A stretch of 37,138 nt of DNA from Candidatus Hydrothermota bacterium (GCA_003644895.1 QNDO01000001.1:1-37138); one strand, 5' to 3'. Numbered from the stretch's first letter, positions 8,099-17,711 are shown. A program made the numbers and translations. Notes: a model not told the origin generated them from the letters alone.

Positions 8099-8802
8099 TT
8101 ATAAAGCGTTTCTTTAGAAAAGAAGCTTTCGGGAATTTTTATATCAAACTCCAACTTTTTATATGTAATTCGTGTGGAGGAGTTTCTCATTCTCAGATCC
8201 TGTATAATGAAGTCGGTAATATAATATCGCTCGCCAAATCTGGAAATTGTGAAAGCTTTTATTTCTTTTATTTTTCTTCCGCTTTTTGTAAAAAGTTCTT
8301 CTTTCCAAGGCACGTATTTTGTTTTATCTACAAAAAGCTTTACACGATAATATTGTGCCTTTCCCGTGGTGTCTACGAGTTCCAAAATGTATACCCCATG
8401 TCCTTCAAGAACTGTATCCTTAATTATTTTCCCACTATAATAGCTAAAAGGGTCATCCTCCATTAGGTCTTCATAAGATAAGTCACTTCCCATTAGAGAT
8501 TGTTTCAGCATATCTCCCGAGATTCTTACCACGTCATCGATGTCTGGAAGATAAATATATAAATCCCTTTCAAGCTTGAGATATTTCACATCTCTATCTT
8601 CTGGGTTAGTGAAGACAATAAGAAAATCGTTTCCTTTACCATATCCATAAAATTCTTTGAGGAGCCTTTTCTTACCCTTTTTTATCTCCATTGTGGCTTC
8701 AAATTTGATAGATTCAATTTTCGTGTTTTCCCTTAACTTTTTGAGTATAAAATCGGGCCTCACTTGCTGTAGAAGTAATGCTAAAAATATTATCTTTATC
8801 AT
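8095..8802 (-). CDS. LolA-like 'outer membrane lipoprotein-sorting' family periplasmic protein (cassette B)
   Basis: 235 aa with a signal peptide lacking a lipobox Cys. The blocks MGSDLSYEDLMED and VDKTKYVP are shared with the paralogue at 16389-17105. A GGAGGG SD is present. Confidence 0.75.
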   Translation of the reverse strand: MIKIIFLALLLQQVRPDFILKKLRENTKIESIKFEATMEIKKGKKRLLKEFYGYGKGNDFLIVFTNPEDRDVKYLKLERDLYIYLPDIDDVVRISGDMLKQSLMGSDLSYEDLMEDDPFSYYSGKIIKDTVLEGHGVYILELVDTTGKAQYYRVKLFVDKTKYVPWKEELFTKSGRKIKEIKAFTISRFGERYYITDFIIQDLRMRNSSTRITYKKLEFDIKIPESFFSKETLYK

Positions 8803-8813
8803 AATTCCCTCCT

Positions 8814-10019
8814 TTAAACCTGTCTCAATGCTTCTTGAGGGGTAAGTTTTCTTGCATAGAGTGCAGGAAATACACTAGATAATGCTGATATTATAAGAGT
8901 GAGCAGGAAAGCAAAAAGGAACACTTTAAAATTTGCCTCTGGTCTGATTATATAAGGCATAGGGAAAGCTGTATTTTTTAGTATTGACTCTACATTTATA
9001 CCCTTTATTGAAAGACCATATGCAAAGAGAAGTCCCAAAAGGGATCCGAAGAATCCCCCTAATGCACCAAGCATTGTCCCTTCCATTCCGAATAACATAA
9101 ACACTTCGTTATCTGTCATTCCTATTGCCTTGAGAGTTCCAATTTCTCTCAGTCTTTCAAAAACTGCAACTGTCATGGTATTAATTATAGCAAAAGTTGC
9201 AAGTCCTATTATAAGGATGTAAATAAAACCGTAGAATACACCTGCTAATTTAAAATATACCCCGAATGTGCCCAAAAGCTCCATGTAAGATTTTGCATCT
9301 AAGTCCGGGGGAAGTTTCAGCTTGGTTTTTAACTCGGGAATTTGTTTATCATTTTGGAGGAATAACAAAATTTCTGATGCACCTTCCTTGGTTTTTAACA
9401 GTTTTCTTGCGTGTTTTAAAGACATTAGGATGAAGCTTCTATTTAACGTGCTCATGCCAAAGTTTGCTATGCCTGAAACTGGAAGCTTAATACCATTTAA
9501 ACCACCAAGAGTCGTGCGGGAGAGTATGATTAAAGTATCGCCAGGATTTATTTTTAAAGAATTTGCAAGTTCTTTACCCAAAATGAAACCAGATTCAAGA
9601 TTACCAGAACCTGTTATAATCCTGCTTTTAATATTTATAGTGCTTTTTTCTTTTTCTGGGTCAATGGCCATTACATAAGCAGGCTTTGTTGTGTTATCTC
9701 TTGAAATCAAGGCAGTAAATTTAATTCTTGGTGCAACAAGTTTTACCTCCTTGAATTTTAGGAGGTTATGGATTATGGGAGAGGGCTCCTCTATGAGTTC
9801 ATCTACAGGTAGAAAAACTCTTTTTCGCAGGTATTCGGTTCGCGCTATGGTTATATGTCCTGTTTCCAGATTTATAACAGCTTCTTTTGTCCCATTCAAA
9901 AAACCTTGCACATAGCCATAGAGTGCTACTACCACAAAACTTGCCACAAAAAGTGACAACGCAGTTAAAAAACTTCTTCTTTTATTCCTTAATATATTTT
10001 TAAATGCCATCTTCATCAT
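8814..10019 (-). CDS. FtsX/MacB-type ABC permease with large periplasmic domain (LolE/LolC-sized)
   Basis: About 400 aa with the N-terminal block AFKNILRNKRRS, one TM, a periplasmic domain of about 220 aa, and three C-terminal TMs with ERLREIGTLKAIGMT. The start is ambiguous among the ATGs at 10019, 10016 and 10010. Confidence 0.85.
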   Translation of the reverse strand: MMKMAFKNILRNKRRSFLTALSLFVASFVVVALYGYVQGFLNGTKEAVINLETGHITIARTEYLRKRVFLPVDELIEEPSPIIHNLLKFKEVKLVAPRIKFTALISRDNTTKPAYVMAIDPEKEKSTINIKSRIITGSGNLESGFILGKELANSLKINPGDTLIILSRTTLGGLNGIKLPVSGIANFGMSTLNRSFILMSLKHARKLLKTKEGASEILLFLQNDKQIPELKTKLKLPPDLDAKSYMELLGTFGVYFKLAGVFYGFIYILIIGLATFAIINTMTVAVFERLREIGTLKAIGMTDNEVFMLFGMEGTMLGALGGFFGSLLGLLFAYGLSIKGINVESILKNTAFPMPYIIRPEANFKVFLFAFLLTLIISALSSVFPALYARKLTPQEALRQV

Positions 10020-11209
10020 ACCCACCTCAAGCATTCTGCTGGTGTCATTTTCATTGCCCGTTTTGATGGAAAATAGCTAGCAAAGATTGTTGTTAATGGT
10101 CCAAGAAATAGTGCCACAATAATACTTTTTATGTTCCATGTATTTTTCACAATCCCCATAACTTTATACCCTACATCCATGTCTTTGAGAAGTGGAGACC
10201 AATCAATGCCATGCACCACAAAATACCAGTTTATGAGGATTCCTATTATAACCCCTGAAAGAGAGCCCGCTACACCAATTAAAACCCCCTCGCTCAAGAA
10301 CAATTTCATAACTTCTCTGTCGGTCATACCAATTGCTTTTAGGGTGCCGATTTCTCTTGTTTTTTCAAAAACAGATATAAGTAAAGTATTCGCTGTGCCG
10401 ATAATACCAATAAGTATTATAAAAAAGAGAAGCACTGCTTGAGCTGCATTCTTTGTTTTGCTTATGGCGAGAAAGTCTGCACCTTCGTCTACCCAGGAGG
10501 TGATTTTGAATTTTTTGAAAGCAGAGATTAGTCTATTTTTATAGCTCTCAGCCTTGTTAAACTCATCAGTGAGAATATTTATTTGGGTAACTTCGTCTTT
10601 AAAATTCCCCATATCCCTTAAAAGATTAATATCAATGTAGATGTGAGAGTTATTAATTTCAAAGTCTGGGGTATTTAATATACTTTTTATTTCAACTTCT
10701 CTGGATACAATGATTCCATTCTTCCCTCTCATGTTGAGAAATAAATAATCTCCTTCTTTAACATCAAAGTGTTTCTTAATGGAAGAGCCAATCCAGATGC
10801 CATCACGAAGAGGAGCATCGGCGTATTCAAAAGTCTTAAAAACTGCTTTATCTCGCTCAGGATCTATTCCAACAATAACAACAGGGTATTGATCAATTCC
10901 ATTATCAAGAAATCCAACTATCTTTAAACGTTCTGTATAGGCTTTTATAAAGGGATATTTCTCTAATTTGTTTTCTATCTCCGAAGGGGTCTCTATGTAA
11001 CCCTCCAGGGTCTCCTCGTTAAAATCTTCTGAGCGAATAACCATATGGGAAGATTGCAATGCTATAAAGTTCCTGATAGATTCTTTTTCAAATCCTCCTA
11101 GCATTCCGGTTATCACAATGTAATAAGTGATTGCCACTGTCAGTATCCCAAAGGTAAGTAAAGTTCTGCGTTTGTCTCGTAGTAGATTTTTTAAAGCAAG
11201 CTTCCACAT
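10016..11209 (-). CDS. FtsX/MacB-type ABC permease with large periplasmic domain (LolC/LolE-sized)
   Basis: 397 aa with LALKNLLRDKRRT at the N-terminus and EKTREIGTLKAIGMT in the FtsX domain. It is a paralogue of the neighbouring permease. Confidence 0.85.
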   Translation of the reverse strand: MWKLALKNLLRDKRRTLLTFGILTVAITYYIVITGMLGGFEKESIRNFIALQSSHMVIRSEDFNEETLEGYIETPSEIENKLEKYPFIKAYTERLKIVGFLDNGIDQYPVVIVGIDPERDKAVFKTFEYADAPLRDGIWIGSSIKKHFDVKEGDYLFLNMRGKNGIIVSREVEIKSILNTPDFEINNSHIYIDINLLRDMGNFKDEVTQINILTDEFNKAESYKNRLISAFKKFKITSWVDEGADFLAISKTKNAAQAVLLFFIILIGIIGTANTLLISVFEKTREIGTLKAIGMTDREVMKLFLSEGVLIGVAGSLSGVIIGILINWYFVVHGIDWSPLLKDMDVGYKVMGIVKNTWNIKSIIVALFLGPLTTIFASYFPSKRAMKMTPAECLRWV

Positions 11210-11210
11210 A

Positions 11211-11894
11211 TCATTCTCCTACTATTTTACCATCTCTTAGTTTGATAATTCTCTTTGCATGTTCTACTATCAACGGGTCATGGGTAGAGAAAACGAAGGT
11301 AACACCCTTTTCGGCATTGAGCTTCCTCATGAGTTCAACAATACTTTTTCCTGTTTCACTGTCAAGGTTTGCGGTGGGCTCATCTGCAAGAACAAATTCC
11401 GGGTCTTTAACTAAAGCCCTTGCAATTGAGACTCTCTGTTGTTCCCCACCAGAGAGCTCTAACGGTTTCATATTCCACTTGTCTGAAAGCCCAACTGCTT
11501 CCAATATGGAAAGGATTCTTTTTTCTCTCTCCTTTTTTTGAAGATTTTTATAGCGAAGTTTTAAAGCAATTTCAACGTTTTCATACACCGTAAGGACAGG
11601 AATAAGATTAAAACTCTGGAAAATAAAGCCAAAGTAATTCCTTCTTAAAAGAGCAAGTTCCTCAGGTTTTTTTGTTTGTAATTCTTCACCGTGTAATGTT
11701 ACAGATCCCCGGGTTGGTAGGTCAATACATCCCATTATATTGAGAAGGGTTGTTTTTCCCGAGCCCGAGGGGCCTACAACGGCAGTAAATTCTCCTTTAC
11801 TTATCTGGAGGTCAATGCCTCGCAAAGCTTTAACTCTATATTTTCCGGATACATAAATTTTTTCTATATCTTTAAGTTCAATTACTATCATCAT
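11211..11894 (-). CDS. ABC transporter ATP-binding protein, LolD/MacB-type
   Basis: It carries Walker A GPSGSGKTT, a Q-loop, the signature LSGGEQQR, Walker B FVLADEPT, and an H-loop STHD. The start is probably the ATGATG at 11894/11891 after GGAGG, overlapping the TetR stop. Confidence 0.9.
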   Translation of the reverse strand: MMIVIELKDIEKIYVSGKYRVKALRGIDLQISKGEFTAVVGPSGSGKTTLLNIMGCIDLPTRGSVTLHGEELQTKKPEELALLRRNYFGFIFQSFNLIPVLTVYENVEIALKLRYKNLQKKEREKRILSILEAVGLSDKWNMKPLELSGGEQQRVSIARALVKDPEFVLADEPTANLDSETGKSIVELMRKLNAEKGVTFVFSTHDPLIVEHAKRIIKLRDGKIVGE

Positions 11895-12603
11895 ACCTCC
11901 TCTCATTAAAGTATGTTTCAATGACCTCCTTGATCATTTCCGGATACCCTTTTAATCCTAAAGAACCTTTCGGTAATGCCAGGATTCTTTCCATTGAGAT
12001 TAGATAGATTTTTTTTAACTCATAGATTTTTTCAATACAGTTCTGTTTTGTGTCAGAATTAAGAATTGTCCGCGCTACATCATCACCAAAATTACCCAAA
12101 AGTCTTGCAATAAGTCTCCCTGTGTACTCGGGGTACTGAATATCAAAAATACCCTCTTTTACTCCCTGACTAATGATCTTTGAAAAAATAGAGGCACTAA
12201 TTTCCAGATTTTTCTCATTCATTTTTTGTCGAAAAATTATATTTTTATCATCGTAATAAATCTTGAGATATACGATAATTTCCTTTTTAAATTTTTCAAT
12301 TTTTACTCTGATACTTTCCTCAAGGATCTTATTCAATTTTTCAATGGCATTAAGATTACTTTCTATTATGGGAGTTAAATGGAAAACTATAAATTTACTC
12401 ATTGCATCCACGATCTCTTCGAGTATTTCCATTTTGGAATTGAAATGGTAATACAATGTACCACGAGCTATTCCAGCTTTTCTTACGATATCTTCAATTG
12501 AGGTATTTTCAAAACCGTTTTTGTAAAAGAGTTCCACGGCTACCTTAAGAATCTCATCCTTTCTCTTTCTGGCTTCTTTCAATGTTCTCTTAGTTTTCTT
12601 CAT
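11878..12603 (-). CDS. TetR/AcrR-family transcriptional regulator (cassette B)
   Basis: It has a TetR_N helix-turn-helix (ILKVAVELFYKNGFENTSIEDIVRKAGIARGTLYYHFNSK) followed by a helical ligand domain. Confidence 0.9.
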   Translation of the reverse strand: MKKTKRTLKEARKRKDEILKVAVELFYKNGFENTSIEDIVRKAGIARGTLYYHFNSKMEILEEIVDAMSKFIVFHLTPIIESNLNAIEKLNKILEESIRVKIEKFKKEIIVYLKIYYDDKNIIFRQKMNEKNLEISASIFSKIISQGVKEGIFDIQYPEYTGRLIARLLGNFGDDVARTILNSDTKQNCIEKIYELKKIYLISMERILALPKGSLGLKGYPEMIKEVIETYFNERRYDDSN

Positions 12604-12606
12604 TTC

Positions 12607-12621
12607 GACCGACCGTCAGTC
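12607..12621. promoter_or_regulatory. Candidate TetR operator GACCGAC-c-GTCAGTC (one mismatch) abutting the TetR-B start codon
   Basis: Read directly. It shares the 10-mer TCGACCGACC with the box at 17712-17727 and lies 2 nt downstream of the -10 element. Confidence 0.6.
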
Positions 12622-12623
12622 TA

Positions 12624-12653
12624 ATTATAAAGGATATATTTTTGAGATGTCAA
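12624..12653 (-). promoter_or_regulatory. Sigma-70-type promoter of cassette B (TTGACA-18-TATAAT)
   Basis: On the minus strand, TTGACA is the complement of 12648-12653 and TATAAT is the complement of 12624-12629. The ATG lies 20 nt after the -10 element, and no Shine-Dalgarno is present. Confidence 0.65.
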
Positions 12654-12688
12654 GGAGACTATTTTAGTATGCCAACATCGATGCTTGC

Positions 12689-15286
12689 TTAATGGTGTTC
12701 CCTGCTCGACTCTCGCCTCACCAACCTCAAAAGTGGGGGGAGAAGGAAAAGGGTATACAGGAATGCAAGAGAAATGCCAACAAGAATCACTATGGCAAAG
12801 GAGGGATATCCTCGATATTTCCCTAGAAGAAGAGAACCAAAGGCGGCGCCGGTTGTCAAAGTTGTGTAAAATATTGCTCTTCCTATAAGAGTATATACAC
12901 CGGGTATAGAGCCCTCTTTTATGTATCTGTGCATTACATGGACTGCATCGTCAATTCCGATTCCTATAATTAGCGGGAATGCAAGAACATTGAGGAAATT
13001 CAGGGATACACCTGTGAGTCCAAGAACCACGAGAGTGGAGAAGAAAGCAAAGGTGACCGGAACATAGGAGATAAGAGATTTTGGAATACTTCTGAAATCA
13101 ATAAGAAGCAATATCAGAATTGTTGTAAATACAAGAATTAGGGCTTTCCTGCTCTCCCTCACTCCTGTGGTCCAGAGTACCCTCATAAGTATGGCCATAC
13201 CCGTTGCAGGAACTTTCTCACTCACTCTATCGATAAAGGTGCCTTTTCCAATATCATTCCAGATATCACCCTTTGAGAATATGGTAAGAAGGAAATATTT
13301 ACCGTCCTCGGATACAAATTTCTCTTTGACAGAGGTGGGGACATCCTCAAAGGCAATATATTCTGGAGTCGAAGCCGAAATTAAAAGTGGCTTTGTGACT
13401 TCAAAGAATTCTTTTCCTATTTGTTTTAATTTTTTCTGTGGCGCGTTTTTAATAGCCATATAAAGAGAATCCAGAAGACCCTTCTTGATGATATTTTCTG
13501 AGACTTCATAAACTCTATCAAGGCCGGAGATATAGGCGACGGTTTTAAGTTCCAGAATATTATTTTTTAACCTCTTTATCTGTGAAAGGAGAAGTTTCCT
13601 ATCTGTTCCATGATATGTCATCCTGCGAGCTTTACGGTGGATTTCTTTCACATATTTCATTTTATATTTCTGTTCCTTCTGAGGTGGACAGTAAAGATGA
13701 ATGCCCTCTACAAAGCTAACACCTGTAATTTTCTTGAGGATCGTCGCTAATGAGTCAGATTCTTCATAGCTCTGAGCCAGAGTCATGAGATAATCTGTGG
13801 ACATTCCAAATCGCTTAACTAGAGTATCATTTGCTGCAACTGATGCCAGTCCTTTTGCTTCAAGTTTTATAGGATTTGCTTCTGATTCCATATGGGTAAT
13901 TCCATACGGTGCAATAATGACTATAATAATAGCCAGCATAATGGGAATGTACCATCTTCTTGCAACAAATCCAGCAATATTTCCAAAGGTGGGGATTTTC
14001 AGGTCTTTGCCCTGAAGCTTTTTGCCAAAAAGTGTTATGAGTGCAGGAAGCACAAAGATTGTGGCACTTACAGTAGTTATACATCCAAGTCCCACTACGA
14101 CCCCCAGTTCTTTTAGAGCATCGAAGGATGTGAAATAAAGAGAAAGAAAAGCTAATGCGGTGGTAAAGGCTCCTATGACAAGTCCCCTTCCTACTTTTGG
14201 TAGAGCCCCTTCTATTCCTTCCTTCTCCGTGGACGCCTGAAGTATATGTATTGAGTAATCGATTCCGAGACCTATAAGAATGGCAGCCATCATTGCCGTC
14301 ATCATGTTTAACCGGCCAAATAGAATCTGGGTCAATCCCAGATCCCAGAGAATACCAAACAGAAGTGGTATGCCAGCCAGAATGGGAGCGAGAATTATGC
14401 GGAAACCGATAATAAATAGAGCTATAACAAGAATAAAAGAGACCACCGTGGTAACATTCATATCCCTCATTCCAGTGACATATTCATCTCGCATTATAGA
14501 GTACATACCGGTATCCATAATTTTTGTATGATTATGAGCTTTTTCTATTTTTTTGATGACATTTCTGATACTATCCACTCCTGCTATGATGTGGGGAAAG
14601 GCAGCAAGGTCTGATATTCCCCATCTAGGTTGAACAGAGATTAACACCATTCTATTATCCAAGGATTTAAAATATAGAGGACCTAAAAGTAGCTCTTTTG
14701 TTCCAAGTTCAAAATAATCACGCTCACCTGTTCTAATATATTTTTGAGTTCCATAAATAAAATCTTCCAACGCAAGGAGTGATTGAGTGGCCTCCAGCTC
14801 TTGAGCGGACAGGTTTTCTTCTTTCTCAATATATTCAGACTCTAAATCATCGTTGTATTTGAGTAGGAAACTGTCCATGTCAAGGCTAGTAATCATCTTT
14901 GCAACCCTTTCTATGAGAGAGGAGTCTATGAGCATTAAAGCGTGCTTCTCGAGAAAGTCTTCTGGCTGTTTTAATGTAACAGTTTTAGTAAAACTTTTTA
15001 TTTTTTCAACAGAGTCTTTTACCTCTTCTGCTATTGCGAGGAGAGATTCTGGTATAGGATGCTCCACTACAATAAGCAGCCCGCCCTCATTTCCAAATCT
15101 CTCTATCACAGTATTGTAAAGTGCAAGGGAAGGATGTTTTTTGGGAATTATATTAAGCCATGTCATTTCCATTCGGAGGTGTGCAGCAAAGTATACCATT
15201 ATGAGTGTGAAAACCACAGAAAGTCCGAGAACTAACTTTGGCCTTTTAATAGAGATATGGGTTATAAGATCGAATAGTCTCTGCAT
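12689..15286 (-). CDS. MMPL/COG1033-type RND-superfamily exporter (cassette A)
   Basis: 865 aa in a duplicated architecture: two 6-TM bundles, each after a large periplasmic domain. Sterol-sensing/MMPL-like blocks are LGIDYSIHIL and GIGIDDAVHVMHRY. A GGAGG SD is present. Confidence 0.85.
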   Translation of the reverse strand: MQRLFDLITHISIKRPKLVLGLSVVFTLIMVYFAAHLRMEMTWLNIIPKKHPSLALYNTVIERFGNEGGLLIVVEHPIPESLLAIAEEVKDSVEKIKSFTKTVTLKQPEDFLEKHALMLIDSSLIERVAKMITSLDMDSFLLKYNDDLESEYIEKEENLSAQELEATQSLLALEDFIYGTQKYIRTGERDYFELGTKELLLGPLYFKSLDNRMVLISVQPRWGISDLAAFPHIIAGVDSIRNVIKKIEKAHNHTKIMDTGMYSIMRDEYVTGMRDMNVTTVVSFILVIALFIIGFRIILAPILAGIPLLFGILWDLGLTQILFGRLNMMTAMMAAILIGLGIDYSIHILQASTEKEGIEGALPKVGRGLVIGAFTTALAFLSLYFTSFDALKELGVVVGLGCITTVSATIFVLPALITLFGKKLQGKDLKIPTFGNIAGFVARRWYIPIMLAIIIVIIAPYGITHMESEANPIKLEAKGLASVAANDTLVKRFGMSTDYLMTLAQSYEESDSLATILKKITGVSFVEGIHLYCPPQKEQKYKMKYVKEIHRKARRMTYHGTDRKLLLSQIKRLKNNILELKTVAYISGLDRVYEVSENIIKKGLLDSLYMAIKNAPQKKLKQIGKEFFEVTKPLLISASTPEYIAFEDVPTSVKEKFVSEDGKYFLLTIFSKGDIWNDIGKGTFIDRVSEKVPATGMAILMRVLWTTGVRESRKALILVFTTILILLLIDFRSIPKSLISYVPVTFAFFSTLVVLGLTGVSLNFLNVLAFPLIIGIGIDDAVHVMHRYIKEGSIPGVYTLIGRAIFYTTLTTGAAFGSLLLGKYRGYPSFAIVILVGISLAFLYTLFLLPPLLRLVRRESSREHH

Positions 15287-15297
15287 GTCCGCCTCCT

Positions 15298-16392
15298 TTA
15301 AAATCCTACTCTTATCCTGAATATTACTCCATCGTTTATATTGGAGTATTCTGTACCATCCCTTCCTAACCCAACATAGCTTGTAATCTGAAGAGATGTA
15401 TAATCATTGAAAGAATAACTTATTCCTGGCATTACAATTGTACTTTTGTCATTTATGTTGGTGATGGAAGAGATCTTGAATGTAAATAGCTCGTGTATTC
15501 TTTCCAGATTGAAAAAAAACTCATTTTGGCCCATGGTCAGTGTATACCCCGAAAAATAATCAAGCCAATCTGCAGGATTGTAATCTCTGAAATTATCCTT
15601 ACCTTCTTCGTTTCTTAAATATTCCAAAAGACAAGAAGTAAGGCCATCGTTAAATGTATAATCAATCCCTAAAAGGCCTATTTTCTTTTTTGTTTTTAGA
15701 TTATAGGTGCCCTCACCGTGTACACCAATACCCAAGAATTCTGTGGAGAAGTCCAGGGTAAAAATTTTGTTTTTTTTCTTAAAAGGTAAAAATATAACAG
15801 GATCCATATAAGTACTAAGGTAGTCCAAATAGCCCAGAGAAAAATCCAAGAACCCCTTTACATTACCTCTCAATCTTCCTCCATATGAGGATGAATCAAT
15901 GCTATTTTCTGGAATATATAATAGATCGACGTCGAAGGAACCCGCAATATCCAAGAACATTCTTAATGCGTCTACACCGTCAAGTTCGTAGGAGGGATCC
16001 AAAATAGATTTTTTCTGAAAAACATTTGTGGGATTAAAAGCATATCCTGTTCCCCAGCCTATCTGCTGTCTCCCAAATTGTAGAGTGAGGGGAGATATTC
16101 TCACCCTCAGAAAAGCATTTCTGAAATAAAGCCTGGATTTATATGTAAAAGGTATGGAGGGTAGTGCGTACTCGGGCATGAAGTCAGCAAGATCGTACTG
16201 TGTTTTACCGTGATACGAAATATACACTAGGTCTGTTCTAAAATAGGAGGAAGAAATTCTCTGTCTCGATGTAAGATTTAGCTTACTATAGCCTACAAAT
16301 TTGTATTCGCCCTTTAAATTAAAAATTTCCCCTTGATATTCAAAAAACCCTTCCGGTTTAATTGCTAGTATGACAAAAAGGAGGATATTCAT
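15298..16392 (-). CDS. Predicted outer-membrane beta-barrel of unknown family (cassette A)
   Basis: 364 aa with a signal-like N-terminus, the block QFGRQQIGWGTGYAFNPTNVF, an aromatic/Gly/Asn-rich alternating pattern, and a C-terminal beta-signal ...VIFRIRVGF. It has an ATGA overlap with the LolA-like gene. Confidence 0.6.
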   Translation of the reverse strand: MNILLFVILAIKPEGFFEYQGEIFNLKGEYKFVGYSKLNLTSRQRISSSYFRTDLVYISYHGKTQYDLADFMPEYALPSIPFTYKSRLYFRNAFLRVRISPLTLQFGRQQIGWGTGYAFNPTNVFQKKSILDPSYELDGVDALRMFLDIAGSFDVDLLYIPENSIDSSSYGGRLRGNVKGFLDFSLGYLDYLSTYMDPVIFLPFKKKNKIFTLDFSTEFLGIGVHGEGTYNLKTKKKIGLLGIDYTFNDGLTSCLLEYLRNEEGKDNFRDYNPADWLDYFSGYTLTMGQNEFFFNLERIHELFTFKISSITNINDKSTIVMPGISYSFNDYTSLQITSYVGLGRDGTEYSNINDGVIFRIRVGF

Positions 16393-17105
16393 TCTTCAGA
16401 TACCTCCCTGAGCCTTTTTGGAGAAAAGAGATCATCCTCCACTTTGGTTTTGTAGTCAATTCTTATAGTCCGGATTTCTGTTTCGGAACCTGTTTCATTG
16501 TTTCTCATGACTACGTGCATGGGAGTTGGAATATAATCCACTATCTTTATATCTTCCTGAATAAGTGTTTTATATGGTTTATCTTCGCCTTTTCGGTAGA
16601 AATCTACTACAAGCGGAACATAGGTCTTTTTGTCAACTCTGAGCACCAGTTTCCCATAAGAAATTTTAACATTTTCTTTTGGTATCAGTGTAAGAACGTA
16701 AATATCTTTCTCCTCATTCAGATTTACAGGTTTAAATTTCTTTTTGTAGGTTCCCATCGTCATATCTTCGTATGTAAAATCAGAACCCATCATCTTTTGT
16801 TTCTTTGCGTGAGACGCAATTTTTCTTATTCTTCCTGTTTCAGGGAAGTAGGCCCATACATTGTCACCAATAATGAGAAAGCTGTTTCCTCGAACTTGAG
16901 GAGGGAATATATACACCATCAGCTGTTTGTCCATACCATTTTTAGTATAAAATTTTATTTTGAATGTCCTCTTTTTCCCGGTGGTAGTGATGATAGTTTC
17001 TTCCATAACTCCTATGGAGTGGGGAAATATAGCCACACTATCAACTTTACTTAGAAGTTCCTCAGGACTCAACGCCAGTATAATGAACGTAAATAATGTA
17101 AACAT
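16389..17105 (-). CDS. LolA-like 'outer membrane lipoprotein-sorting' family periplasmic protein (cassette A)
   Basis: 238 aa with a signal peptide lacking Cys. The blocks MMGSDFTYEDM and VDKKTYVP match the paralogue at 8095-8802. Confidence 0.75.
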   Translation of the reverse strand: MFTLFTFIILALSPEELLSKVDSVAIFPHSIGVMEETIITTTGKKRTFKIKFYTKNGMDKQLMVYIFPPQVRGNSFLIIGDNVWAYFPETGRIRKIASHAKKQKMMGSDFTYEDMTMGTYKKKFKPVNLNEEKDIYVLTLIPKENVKISYGKLVLRVDKKTYVPLVVDFYRKGEDKPYKTLIQEDIKIVDYIPTPMHVVMRNNETGSETEIRTIRIDYKTKVEDDLFSPKRLREVSEE

Positions 17106-17108
17106 TTC

Positions 17109-17708
17109 CTACCTCCTGCTGATTCCCTTCAAAACAGTATCAAGGAAATCTTCTGTGATTCTTTCTAGGTCTATTTCCTCCCTAAATAACATGGCATGAA
17201 ACAGAATGCCGTCCATGAAAGCAAGTAAACTCCTGGATAAATTTTCGACATTAACTGTTTCTTTGAATTCTTCTTTTTTTATGCCTTCTTCCAGAATTTT
17301 TCGTGTGATTCTCAGGTACTTTTTATACATATCCCTGAAATCAAATTTTAAATGGTTTCTTATGCCCTCACTCCAGAACTCTGTCATGACCATAATTGCT
17401 TCTCTGGGCATATTTTCCACTAATTCTAGATATCCTGTCACCAGTGCCTTTATTTTCATGGAGGCACTCATATTAGGTTTCACCTTTTGGAAAGCATATT
17501 CATCCAAGGCTTTGAAGAGGTGGACAATAAGAGAAGTAAATAGGTCCTCTTTACTCTCGAAATATTCGTAAATTGTCCCTTTCCCAACACCTGCATGCTC
17601 TGCAATTTCTCTCATTCGGGTCCTGTGGTAGCCTTTCCGCGAAAAAAGATACAGGGCAGCTTCAAGAATTTTAATCCGTTTATTTTTATTATTTTTGGTA
17701 TCAAACAT
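17109..17708 (-). CDS. TetR/AcrR-family transcriptional regulator (cassette A)
   Basis: It has a TetR_N HTH (ILEAALYLFSRKGYHRTRMREIAEHAGVGKGTIYEYFESK). I prefer the ATG at 17708 because the track's upstream extension to 17759 runs through the promoter and operator. Confidence 0.88.
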   Translation of the reverse strand: MFDTKNNKNKRIKILEAALYLFSRKGYHRTRMREIAEHAGVGKGTIYEYFESKEDLFTSLIVHLFKALDEYAFQKVKPNMSASMKIKALVTGYLELVENMPREAIMVMTEFWSEGIRNHLKFDFRDMYKKYLRITRKILEEGIKKEEFKETVNVENLSRSLLAFMDGILFHAMLFREEIDLERITEDFLDTVLKGISRR

Positions 17709-17711
17709 ATC

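Noticed and set aside
9322-9678. This is a 118-aa plus-strand ORF. Further plus-strand ORFs lie at 9691-9915, 10131-10442, 11242-11541, 13167-15119 and 17206-17571.
   Set aside because: All of them are antisense to the well-supported permease, ATPase, RND and TetR genes, and none has an SD or a recognisable motif.
12845-12853. GGCGCCGGT, a 9-nt partial copy of the 13-bp GC-rich repeat arm, occurs inside the RND gene.
   Set aside because: It is short, lies in frame within coding sequence (a Gly/Ala-rich TM segment), and has no partner arm nearby. It is most likely coincidence.
16515-17054. This is a 179-aa plus-strand ORF, the longest unexplained ORF in the track.
   Set aside because: It lies entirely antisense to the LolA-like gene (16389-17105). 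Its product is Phe/Ile/Asn/Cys/His-rich low-complexity sequence with no motifs and no SD, which is the typical shadow ORF of a Lys/Glu-rich AT-rich gene.
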